From Octopus bimaculoides (lineage: Eukaryota): a stretch of 63,449 bases of DNA. The stretch lies in contig NC_068982.1 in NCBI RefSeq assembly GCF_001194135.2, positions 182,374,389 through 182,437,837 on the forward strand, given 5' to 3'. Position numbers and translations under genes: made by a program. Shown here piece after piece: positions 50,875 through 60,300 of the stretch. The notes beneath the pieces are model-generated. The model was not told where the DNA came from. It saw only the letters and a list, made by a program, of their open reading frames with translations, and did no database searches. Position 1 is the stretch's first letter; every line of letters begins with the position of its first letter.

Positions 50875-50880
<6 letters not shown>
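49690..50880 (-). mobile_element. maT/Bmmar1-type DD37D transposon remnant, transposase about 50770 to 49735
   Basis: ECLGVNLKTVQRIRKEL HTH; HPVNIMVFGVITSDRDVMPPFIF; RDSAPCH...WPRNIPDYNPLDYY with 37 codons counted between the second and third Asp. One terminus reads TATACAGCTTGCAATGGGTAAATTGT from 50880. Confidence 0.9.
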
Positions 50881-50920
<40 letters not shown>

Positions 50921-50989
50921 GGTATCTGGAAGACCCAGCGTGGCAGGTAACGCTAAGTGCTATAGAAATATTGGAATTCTATAGTGATA

Positions 50990-51144
50990 CGAGTGAGGAG
51001 TTGAGCCTCAAAACACGAGCAAAACAAACAAAAAATCTGTTTTCAGTATTTAAGGAAGCTGACAAATACAAACAAGAAATCATACTACGTAATAAATATG
51101 AAGTAGAAGAAGACGAAGAAGAAGAAGAAGAAGAAGAAGAAGAA

Positions 51145-51191
<47 letters not shown>

Positions 51192-51545
51192 AGAAGAAGA
51201 AGAAGAAGAAGAAGAAGAAGAAGAAGAAGAAGAAGAAGAAGAAGAAGAAGAAGAAGAAGAAGAAGAAGAAGAAGAAGAAGAAGAAGAAGAAGAAGAAGAA
51301 GAAGAACAACAACAACAACAACAAGAAGAAGAAGAAGAAGAAGAAGAAGAAGAAGAAGAAGAAGAAGAAGAAGAAGAAGAAGAAGAAACAATAGCTATAA
51401 AACAAATGAAATCCAAGCTAGAACTAGAACAGCAACGGACCATGATAAAACGATGGCAAGAAAAGCCCCGTCATGCCAAATACTGGGCTAAACTAAATGG
51501 AAAAGAAACAGACAGAGAAAATTCCCAGCAATAGTTGAGAAGCTA
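50990..51545 (+). mobile_element. R4/Dong-type LINE fragment interrupted by an in-frame (GAA)n tract
   Basis: FSVFKEADKYKQEI-[E/Q tract]-IKQMKSKLELEQQRTMIKRWQEKPRHAKYW...SQQ*LRS, matching the W.EK..HG.Y...WL segment that precedes ETEG..AAQDQ in this clade. Confidence 0.75.
51108..51387 (+). repeat. (GAA)n microsatellite with a (CAA)6 interruption
   Basis: Direct reading. Confidence 0.98.
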
Positions 51546-51569
51546 TGTGCATCTCTGATCACGATCAGA

Positions 51570-51912
51570 AGTAGAGGCGGAGCATCATAGCCATGTGTTG
51601 AGCGGAATTTGTTGGAGTTTGAATAATTCACTCCTGGAAAAATTGGTGTTTTGTTCGTCATCGTTAAAACAAACCTTATTCAGAGACATTTTGAGCAGGA
51701 TGGGCTACACGTCCTGAAAAAAATTCTAACTGGGCCCCACCTTCAAGGTCATGTTTTGTTTATCTTGATATGAGATCAGAATGTCACGCACATGTGGTTG
51801 TGATGCATCTGCCTGGTGTACCCTTATCACACGGGTAGTCATGGTGGTTATATAGGGCTTCGTATATTTGTACACCAGTGTCACTTTGATGGCATGCACC
51901 GCTCTCTCACTC
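51570..51912 (+). mobile_element. SINE-like element ending in a (TAA)n tail (51913-51983)
   Basis: GC-richer non-coding body ...gtcactttgatggcatgcaccgctctctcactc directly followed by (TAA)n; the head is degenerate. Confidence 0.55.
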
Positions 51913-51916
51913 AATA

Positions 51917-51983
<67 letters not shown>

Positions 51984-53412
51984 GGAACATTAGTTAAAAG
52001 CAGCAATATAACACTAGATAAAGCCAATGAAATAAGAGGAGAACTAGACGAAAGCCAACCATACAAGTATTTAGGAGTCAATTAATTAGATAGGATACAA
52101 CATACACAAATGAAAGAAAAAATAAAGAAAGAGTACTATAGACGAGTTAGATCAATACTAAAAACAGAGCTCAATGCTAAAAACAAGATGATGGGTATCA
52201 CCACTTTAGCTGTCCCAGTTATAAGCTANNNNNNNNNNNNNNNNNNNNNNNNNNNNNNNNNNNNNNNNNNNNNNNNNNNNNNNNNNNNNNNNNNNNNNNN
52301 NNNNNNNNNNNNNNNNNNNNNNNNNNNNNNNNNNNNNNNNNNNNNNNNNNNNNNNNNNNNNNNNNNNNNNNNNNNNNNNNNNNNNNNNNNNNNNNNNNNN
52401 NNNNNNNNNNNNNNNNNNNNNNNNNNNNNNNNNNNNNNNNNNNNNNNNNNNNNNNNNNNNNNNNNNNNNNNNNNNNNNNNNNNNNNNNNNNNNNNNNNNN
52501 NNNNNNNNNNNNNNNNNNNNNNNNNNNNNNNNNNNNNNNNNNNNNNNNNNNNNNNNNNNNNNNNNNNNNNNNNNNNNNNNNNNNNNNNNNNNNNNNNNNN
52601 NNNNNNNNNNNNNNNNNNNNNNNNNNNNNNNNNNNNNNNNNNNNNNNNNNNNNNNNNNNNNNNNNNNNNNNNNNNNNNNNNNNNNNNNNNNNNNNNNNNN
52701 NNNNNNNNNNNNNNNNNNNNNNNNNNNNNNNNNNNNNNNNNNNNNNNNNNNNNNNNNNNNNNNNNNNNNNNNNNNNNNNNNNNNNNNNNNNNNNNNNNNN
52801 NNNNNNNNNNNNNNNNNNNNNNNNNNNNNNNNNNNNNNNNNNNNNNNNNNNNNNNNNNNNNNNNNNNNNNNNNNNNNNNNNNNNNNNNNNNNNNNNNNNN
52901 NNNNNNNNNNNNNNNNNNNNNNNNNNNNNNNNNNNNNNNNNNNNNNNNNNNNNNNNNNNNNNNNNNNNNNNNNNNNNNNNNNNNNNNNNNNNNNNNNNNN
53001 NNNNNNNNNNNNNNNNNNNNNNNNNNNNNNNNNNNNNNNNNNNNNNNNNNNNNNNNNNNNNNNNNNNNNNNNNNNNNNNNNNNNNNNNNNNNNNNNNNNN
53101 NNNNNNNNNNNNNNNNNNNNNNNNNNNNNNNNNNNNNNNNNNNNNNNNNNNNNNAACAATTCCTATCATAATAGGTGCCTTAGGTATAATTAAAAAAATA
53201 TTCAGACAAATACATAACAAAATCACCAGGACTTACAAATATATATAACATACAGAAAGTTGCACTACTGGGTACTGCACACATTCTACGCAAAACACGT
53301 TCAATACAGTAAACATAAGAGCACCACAGCAAACCACAGCACATACCCAAGGCGCACAGAGCTGCGCTTGGTAATGAAGTGAAAGCATGTTATAAAAATA
53401 AAACTACTGAAC
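51984..53412 (+). mobile_element. R4/Dong-clade LINE, 5'-truncated, (TAA)n on both flanks, interior hidden by a gap
   Basis: YKYLGV..MKEKIKKEYYRRVRSILKTELNAKNK..AVPVISY before the gap; TIPIIIGALG..IQKVALLGTAHILRK after it; 3'UTR hairpin; tail 53413-53436. Confidence 0.92.
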
Positions 53413-53436
53413 AATAATAATAATAATAATAATAAT

Positions 53437-53951
53437 CACCGGATCGAAAGAGTATTGTAGTCGGAGAAATGTAAGATTGTGAGGGAGTTCCCTATTCAAA
53501 CAGGCAAGAAGTTAGAAAATAATAGACCATGCATAACAATTATAGATAAGGAAAAACGAAGTTGCTTACTAATGGACCCATCATGCCTGTTTGATTCCAG
53601 GACCATTGAGAAAGAGGACGAAAAATTAAAAAAATACAATCTCTTAAAATTTGAAATAGGAAGGATTTGGACCATGGGAACAGTAAATGTTGTGCCTAAA
53701 AGGATTGATGCTTTGAGAACAGCAATGAAAGATACCGACAATTTGCTGAAGGATATTGGAATAGAATGACCGGTAGAGCTCCTACAGAAAGTTTGTCTCC
53801 TAGGGAGAGCAAGGATTATCAGGAGCGTTCAAAGCACTTGAAAGGCATCTAAAGAGTTGCGGATACCTAAGATTACAAATAGTAATCCGCTACCCACATA
53901 AATCCCACCAGGAATAAGTCCGAACTTGAGCGAAACCATAATAATAATAAA
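53437..53951 (+). mobile_element. R4/Dong-clade LINE 3' fragment (REL endonuclease, 3'UTR, TAA tail)
   Basis: NNRPCITIIDKEKRSCLLMDPSCLFD..EKEDEKLKKYNLLKFEIGRIW..VVP..LLQKVCLLGRARIIR; tail 53938-53951. Confidence 0.88.
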
Positions 53952-54224
53952 ATATGAAATTCTTTCCAAAATCTATAAATTTCTAAACAGAAAGCGTGCA
54001 TGTGTTTAGGGTGCAAAGTTTAAGCTAAACAGTGACTGGAATGAATGTGGAAGAATTCTTATGAGGAAAGAAGTGCGTGTGAGGAAATAAATAGTAGCAT
54101 GCTGAATGATTTCATAAGAAATCATCTCATACATTTGCGTGTATGGAAAAATATATCCATTCACACGGACACATATGCACACATATATGCATGCATCTCT
54201 GTGCATGTATAAATGTGTACACGT

Positions 54225-54225
54225 A

Positions 54226-54303
<78 letters not shown>
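54225..54303. repeat. (TA)n(GT)n microsatellite
   Basis: Direct reading. Confidence 0.95.
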
Positions 54304-54306
<3 letters not shown>

Positions 54307-55462
54307 AATAGAATATGATAACAAGGCCTAGTCAATTTGATATTCCTAGGAAATTTATAAATAGAAAAGTGGTCTTACAAATGTTTCAGAGAAATAAATG
54401 ATATCCCATCATCAGAAACGAGATATACAAGAAATTAGATATAATGCAGAAAGCATAAAAGGGAAAATATTAAAATAAAAATACATGTTGGATGTTAAAG
54501 TTGCTGTTCCGTTATCGAAGAAATGTACTCTGCAGAACGAGTAAAGAGCCTTCTTGTCCATGATATGTGTGTGTGGTTATATATATATGTACTGAAACAT
54601 TTCTTTCATTCTTTCAAAAGCAAATTTCTTAACAAACAACAAAAAAGAACACGCGTCCCATGTGTGTAGATTTTAAAATGAACTCTGAGTGAAAGAGAGT
54701 GGAAGAATTGTTTTCTTGCAAACTGAGCCGTCGCTTTGCCCCAGTTCTCTACGAGCATGACCTCAAAATGTGAACTTGCACCAAGAGATCATTAACTGTT
54801 TTTTATTTGGTTTCAGATGTATTTCTTAAATGAATATCCATAACGTACGTACTTATGCGTATGTCCTAGTTAATGTGCGCGTTTGTTTGCTGTCCTGTGT
54901 ATATGCCTATGTATGGATGTGTGTGAGTATGTTTGTGTGTATGTGTGTGTGTGTGTGTGCGTGCGTGTGTGTGTGTGTGTGCTCATGTATGTGTGAACGT
55001 TCACCATTTAAAAAACAAAGCGTGTGAAAGATCGCATGTGTTTGTGGTAATGTGTGATGCAGTGTATATATATATNNNNNNNNNNNNNNNNNNNNNNNNN
55101 NNNNNNNNNNNNNNNNNNNNNNNNNNNNNNNNNNNNNNNNNNNNNNNNNNNNNNNNNNNNNNNNNNNNNNNNNNNCTCGTCTGTTGTTATTTTTTGTATA
55201 TTCTCCCATATATATATATATATGAGAATGGTCATCATTTAACATCAACAGTTAGTGTTTTGTTTACGTTGATTTTTTCCTTCTTCCTCTTCAAATAAAT
55301 TTCTCCCACTTTCACTCCAACGCCGTTTGTTGTTTGAAATTCAACTTCACTTCGACAGCATGACTGCGAAGTAAATCATTTAATTTTTCTCCATATATGT
55401 GCGTGTGTTGAGTGCACGCATATGTGCGTGTATGTATATATAGTTATATACATAGGTATATA

Positions 55463-55494
<32 letters not shown>

Positions 55495-55555
55495 GGCGTA
55501 GGCATTGCTGCGTGGTAAAAAGCTTGCTTTCCAACCATATAGTATCGGGTTCAGA
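55495..55555 (+). mobile_element. tRNA-derived SINE family C head, truncated at the B-box
   Basis: ggcgtaggcattgctgcgtggtaaaaagcttgctttccaaccatatagtatcgggttcag. Confidence 0.75.
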
Positions 55556-56290
55556 ACCTAAATTGTTCTCAAAACGCAATTCAGCGGAATACCAAAGCGT
55601 AAGCGGGCAAGACATTTAAAATTACCGAAAAAAATCATTACAATTTAGGTCTTAGTAGACACAAGTTGTGATCTATTTCTAGCACATTAAATATCCATGT
55701 GAGTGTCCATGTGAGTGGTCAATATTATATATAAAAATATACTTTAATCCCCCGAGATCGCAGATATTGTTTCTGAATCTCTTTGATTCTTTAAATGTGC
55801 TAGCTTCCTGGTAATAAATCGATATTAATTAATATATGATGTTTTACCCTATGTTTTAATTGAATTAACCATAACCAAGTTCTCAAACTGGATATATGCG
55901 ACGCAGTAAATATTTTTTTCTGCAGACATATTCCCGGAATTAGCGCGCCAAAACGAAGACTTTTGAATTTTACCATTAAGCTGTTATTAACAGAACCACA
56001 TACACGTTCACCTATGACGGTGGGCCACTTTGTATAGGGTTCTGCAAATTATGGTTACATTACGGATCAGGCTGAAGAGAAACAGACATTAGGTAAGACT
56101 GTCAATTTCGAAACTAGTTCCTGTTTTAATAATGATTTTTTTTCGGTAATTTTAAATGTCTTGCCCGCTTACGCTTTGGTATTGCGCTGAATTTCGTTTT
56201 GAGAACAATTTAGGTCTTAGTAGACCCAAGATGCGATCTATTTCTAGCACATTAAATGTCCATGTGAGTGGTCAACATTATATATAAATA
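55556..56290 (+). mobile_element. Non-coding hammerhead-bearing element with direct terminal repeat and inverted 5' tail (Penelope pseudo-LTR or retrozyme-like)
   Basis: 55556-55640 is the reverse complement of 56130-56215 (2 substitutions, 1 indel). 55640-55735 directly repeats 56205-56288. Hammerhead at 56068-56123; no long ORF. Confidence 0.7.
56068..56123 (+). ncRNA. Type I hammerhead ribozyme, minimal Penelope-type with palindromic stem III
   Basis: Stem I CAGG (56068-71) pairs with CCTG (56120-23). Core CTGAAGA 56072-78. Stem II GAAA.CAGAC / GACTG..TTTC (56079-56109). Core GAAA 56110-13. Stem III palindrome ACTAGT 56113-18. Cleavage triplet GUU; predicted cut after 56119. Confidence 0.8.
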
Positions 56291-57417
56291 TATATATATA
56301 TATATGGCTTGGGTTAGCCCATCATTTTTCAGTCATTTATTTGTATTTATAAATTGTTGCTTCAAATCGGAGAATAAAATATTATTATATGTTATTATAC
56401 AGTTATNNNNNNNNNNTATATATATACGCCCGTTCAATAAACTCAGACTTTACTTATAAAATCATCTCAAGAGATTCGTCTGCACCTAGGTTTGCACCAC
56501 AGCAAGTTGTGCAGTGAGGGATTGATGCAAGATCCATGGAAACGATCGTTGTGGCCAAATAAAATTTCTGGTGTATTCCATTTTTCATCTCTATCATTCC
56601 TAAGGAAATCCTGAGGTAGATCCAGCAACAATGGTGACACCAGTTAGCCATATGTAGTGAATGCACTTTCTCGGCTTGCTACTAGGAACACTCAGATATT
56701 TACTTTTTAATTTACAAGAAATTTTGACACAGCCACCTCCTTGATAGCAAGATTGTGATGGAACGCTTCTTGTTTCCTGCATCGCACTTTAAGTTTGAAG
56801 AAGGCCTTCCAGAATTTCATTGTCCCAAATATCATGATCATTGCGTTATCTCCCCCAAAACCCAAGTTCAGTCATACCTTGCTCCAGCCACCCTGTTATA
56901 TATCCTGGTGCCCCAATAAAAATATTTATGAAGCTAAAAGTGTATCTTGAATAATCAGTTTGCAAACGCCTTGTCAATGGTTCAAAGATATCCTTTTTAT
57001 CTTGTACTTTCCTAACCATACGCATGTTGATAAGGCAGCTGATTCCAGAACAAAATATATATTTTCCTTGTGTTACTACATCTATATATATATATATATA
57101 TGTGAATGAACGTACGTACGTACCTATGTATGTATTATGTGTGTATGTATGCATGCATGTATGTATATATGTATGTATATGTGTATGTGTGCATGATTTG
57201 TTTATGTGTATGTATATGTAAAGATTGTAGCTGAGTAGTGATGCGCCTTGTAAATATGCGTATTTTTTCTTCTATGTATACATATACATACGTACATGTT
57301 TTCCAGCTACATGAATAATAAATATATTTGGAATAGAGAAAGTGAATAAAAAGAATATATACCAGATGATGGGACACGCTCGTAAACACGTACAAGATGA
57401 CTTATATGTGTATGTGT

Positions 57418-57422
<5 letters not shown>

Positions 57423-57488
<66 letters not shown>
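57423..57488. repeat. (GT)n microsatellite
   Basis: Direct reading. Confidence 0.97.
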
Positions 57489-57489
<1 letters not shown>

Positions 57490-58829
57490 TTGCATGCCTG
57501 CATTAAGGCAGGGACATGGAAAGAATTACACCGATATTGCATTTATCAGAGGGTGAAGAATGACCAATAGGGGGAAAATGTTCTATATCCGTTGTGTGTA
57601 CAAGTATACGCTTTTATTTAATTTTATTCCACGTCGTAATATTATTTATATACTCGTATCGAACACGTTGGTCGCCCACTTATGATCTATTACCCTAAAT
57701 TTATCATATGTAAACCATGGAGTATTACACATACGAACAAAAATGTTTTGTGCAATCACATCTTTGTTTAATGGTCTTGTGCAACATTACACTCATAGAC
57801 ACACCCGAATACCTGTAAGTATAAATGATTCCTATACGAAATATCTGACAAAGTATGCTGGCTGTAAATGCATCGATAGTGATATCTATAAAGAACCACA
57901 GTCTATTGGTTATAACCAGCAAACATGTAAAAAAATATATATATTAAACCCGCTCTTTTGCACTTTTTCAGTATATTTCATTGATTCTTTTGAGAAATGT
58001 TTGAAATGGATAATTTTCGTATGGAATGTTACCATTTTGCGATCAGGCTATCGTAAATGCGTTTTAATTGCGTCTGAATTGAGTATTAAAGACAGCCAAA
58101 TCCATGAGGTAAATATATGTTTATAACATAAAGTCAGAAGCCATAGGAGAACATTTACAAACATATATCTACATGTCATATACAATTTGCCTTATCAACC
58201 AACAGAAGAAATGTTTTGGTAAATAAAATTTTAGCTGTCAGATTCGTGTTTTTGTTTATCATTTTAATGTTTCCTTAATACCCTCTAGTGTATATAATGT
58301 CTGTCAGTAATATCTAAACCAATGTGCGTTTGTTAGAGTGTATGTGTAAGAGTGAGTGGGCAACGCATGCATGTCTGTACGTTTGGCTCAGTAAAACGGC
58401 GGATTAGCAGATTATTTAAAGCATCGGATAGAATGTATTCTAAAATCTTTTCAAGTATGACGGATACAGAGTTCACTTTCCTCGTGCTCCAACATTGCAT
58501 TCTGTTTGGATAGATAAATAATATAGCAGTCCTCATTGATGTATTTATAGAATTGTTGGAACATTAAGGGAATCCTGCTGGTACCTGAATTCGACACTTT
58601 CCTTAACATAAACACGCCTGAAATATCAATAGGTCCACCTTTTCTATAATTTTTCTCTTCACTTGAAGAGTGTCAAGGACGCGCAGAACCTGGACCTGCA
58701 TGCAAGGACAAGAAGTACGTGTAGAGCAGGTTTATACTCATAATCTTATGATGGCTTGGAGTGTATGGGTATGTGAGTGTATGTATGACTGTGTCACTGA
58801 GAATGTGTGTCGGTGGTGGATATATCGTC

Positions 58830-58960
58830 AAGCATATGTTCGATTTTCTTCAGTATACACTGGTTTATTTAGCCTACATAGAGTGGACATTCAGCGGTGA
58901 AATATTTTCCGCTTTCAGAAAGAAAATCACTCTTATAACGTTGCCTGCTGCTGTTTCATC
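58830..58960 (-). mobile_element. Possible mariner N-terminal remnant
   Basis: RVIFFLKAENISPLNVH resembles the R.VI.FL.AE...P..IH start of mariner transposases; nothing else supports it. Confidence 0.3.
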
Positions 58961-59139
58961 CTGGATCAACTCTACAGTCCTACAAAGAAAGGCATTACAG
59001 TTGCGAACGCTCGGTATTTTAACCAGATATACTAGGTTCTCTATATGCAAAATCATTCCTTCCTACGGCAGATGGATAAGGTTTGAAGGAAATTTGGCTG
59101 ATATTTTAAGCAGGAAGATTAATGTTAAAGAAGGATTTT

Positions 59140-59585
59140 CGTTCGCGCCTGGGTGTGTATTTCTGTATGTTTATATGTGTGAATGAGCGTACGCCTATAT
59201 AAATAAGAGTTTGTGTATACGAATTTGGTGTATGCGTTTGGGTACGGTATATATGTGCTTGTGTGTATTCGTATGCCTTTGCTTATGTGTATATGTGTAT
59301 CTTCATGTATATATTTAGATATTTGTGAATGTGCGCTCATGTGTGGCAGTGAATGTGTAGGTATGTGTCAGTACGTGTATATGTATATGAGTGCATAAAT
59401 ATGTGTGTATCTGAGATTGCGTGTGCTTGTATATATATGTGTGTGCAAGAATGTATGCATACGCATGTTTATGGGTGTATATAGGCATACCGATTCCCTT
59501 TCGTATGTGCATGTGCGTGCGTATATATTCAGGTATGTATGGGTTTATGTATGTACGTGTTTAAATATGTTTGTGTATGATTATT
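59140..59585. repeat. Degenerate (RY)n low-complexity tract
   Basis: Mixed GT/AT/GC alternation. Confidence 0.8.
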
Positions 59586-59649
59586 TATGCTTCTGTGACT
59601 ACGAAAAAAAAATTGAAATGGATTGCATTTTTTTGTAAGTCATATTATT

Positions 59650-59760
59650 GATGAGGTAGACTTTCCCTTTCATCTTTCCGGGGTCAATGAAAAAATACCA
59701 GCTGGTCACTAGGGTCCGCACCAAAATTTGGAACCGCATTATCGATTTAACTCATTTGTT
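59650..59760 (+). mobile_element. SINE family A core fragment
   Basis: gaggtagactttcccttttcatctttccggggtcaatgaaaaaataccagc. Confidence 0.6.
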
Positions 59761-59919
59761 TATTCCAACAATTGACAATGTAGTATTCAGAATCTGTGTG
59801 TGCACTGCTAAATATTGTGGATTTACACCTATACTCACAATAATTCTTTTAAAGAACAATCCAAACAAACACTTCAAGCATCAATAAAGTCACTCAATTT
59901 GCTACAGAGTATATCTTTT

Positions 59920-60091
59920 TATTCATTTTTTTCTTTCACTTGCTCTAGTCATTTGACCGTGACCATGCTGGGGCACCGACTGGAACATTTTTTTTCTGGC
60001 CGAATGTATCGACCGCAGCACTTACACTCTTTTAAGCCTGGTACTTATTCTATCGATCTATTTTTGCCTAACCGCTAGGTTAGAGAGACGT
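59920..60091 (-). mobile_element. SINE family B
   Basis: agtcatttgaccgtgaccatgctggggcaccg...aagcctggtacttattctatcg...accgctaggtt. Confidence 0.75.
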
Positions 60092-60101
60092 NNNNNNNNN
60101 N

Positions 60102-60133
60102 AGTGTGGCTGACCCCTAGGGGTCAGCCACACT
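60102..60133. repeat. Perfect 32-bp palindrome
   Basis: AGTGTGGCTGACCCCTAGGGGTCAGCCACACT equals its own reverse complement; abuts a 10-N gap. Confidence 0.97.
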
Positions 60134-60147
60134 TCATTTAGAGAATT

Positions 60148-60179
<32 letters not shown>

Positions 60180-60182
<3 letters not shown>

Positions 60183-60300
60183 GACTTCTTTAAGTTTCCG
60201 TCTAGCAAATCCATTTACAAGGCTTTAATCGGCCCGAGGTTATAGTAGAAGACATTCAGCCATGGTTCCACGCAGTGGGACTGAACATGTCGTTGGGAAA
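60180..60300 (-). mobile_element. tRNA-derived SINE family C fragment
   Basis: agtttccgtctagcaaatccatttacaaggcttt..ggcccgagg..tagtagaagac..cacgcagtgggactgaac. Confidence 0.75.

Larger units (their letters stand above)
12755..60101. other. Assembly gaps (N runs) at about 12755-64, 13581-13826, 15187-15475, 20537-20929, 36972-37662, 44036-45, 47922-31, 52229-53154, 55076-55175, 56407-16, 60092-60101
   Basis: N characters in the sequence; nearly all border microsatellites or young repeats. Confidence 0.97.

Noticed and set aside
50971-51534. 187-aa acidic ORF as a host gene (nucleolin- or prothymosin-like)
   Set aside because: The flanks are R4/Dong LINE sequence and the acidic part is a GAA microsatellite; the start is a non-ATG codon.
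54370-54415. Minus-strand CTGATGA...GAAAC (and CTGATGA at ~1510, ~41233, ~44809; CTGAAGAGTGAAA at ~18245 minus)
   Set aside because: No pairing stems, or no correctly placed GAAA box.
13436-55298. Long ORFs in the track such as 13436-13957, 15165-15692, 20528-21094, 36939-37740, 52110-53226 and 54907-55298
   Set aside because: Their length comes from N runs read as X. The only meaningful parts are the LINE fragments already annotated.
57743-59186. 127-aa and 141-aa ORFs as genes
   Set aside because: No recognisable domains, partly built from RY low-complexity sequence, and no consistent splice structure.
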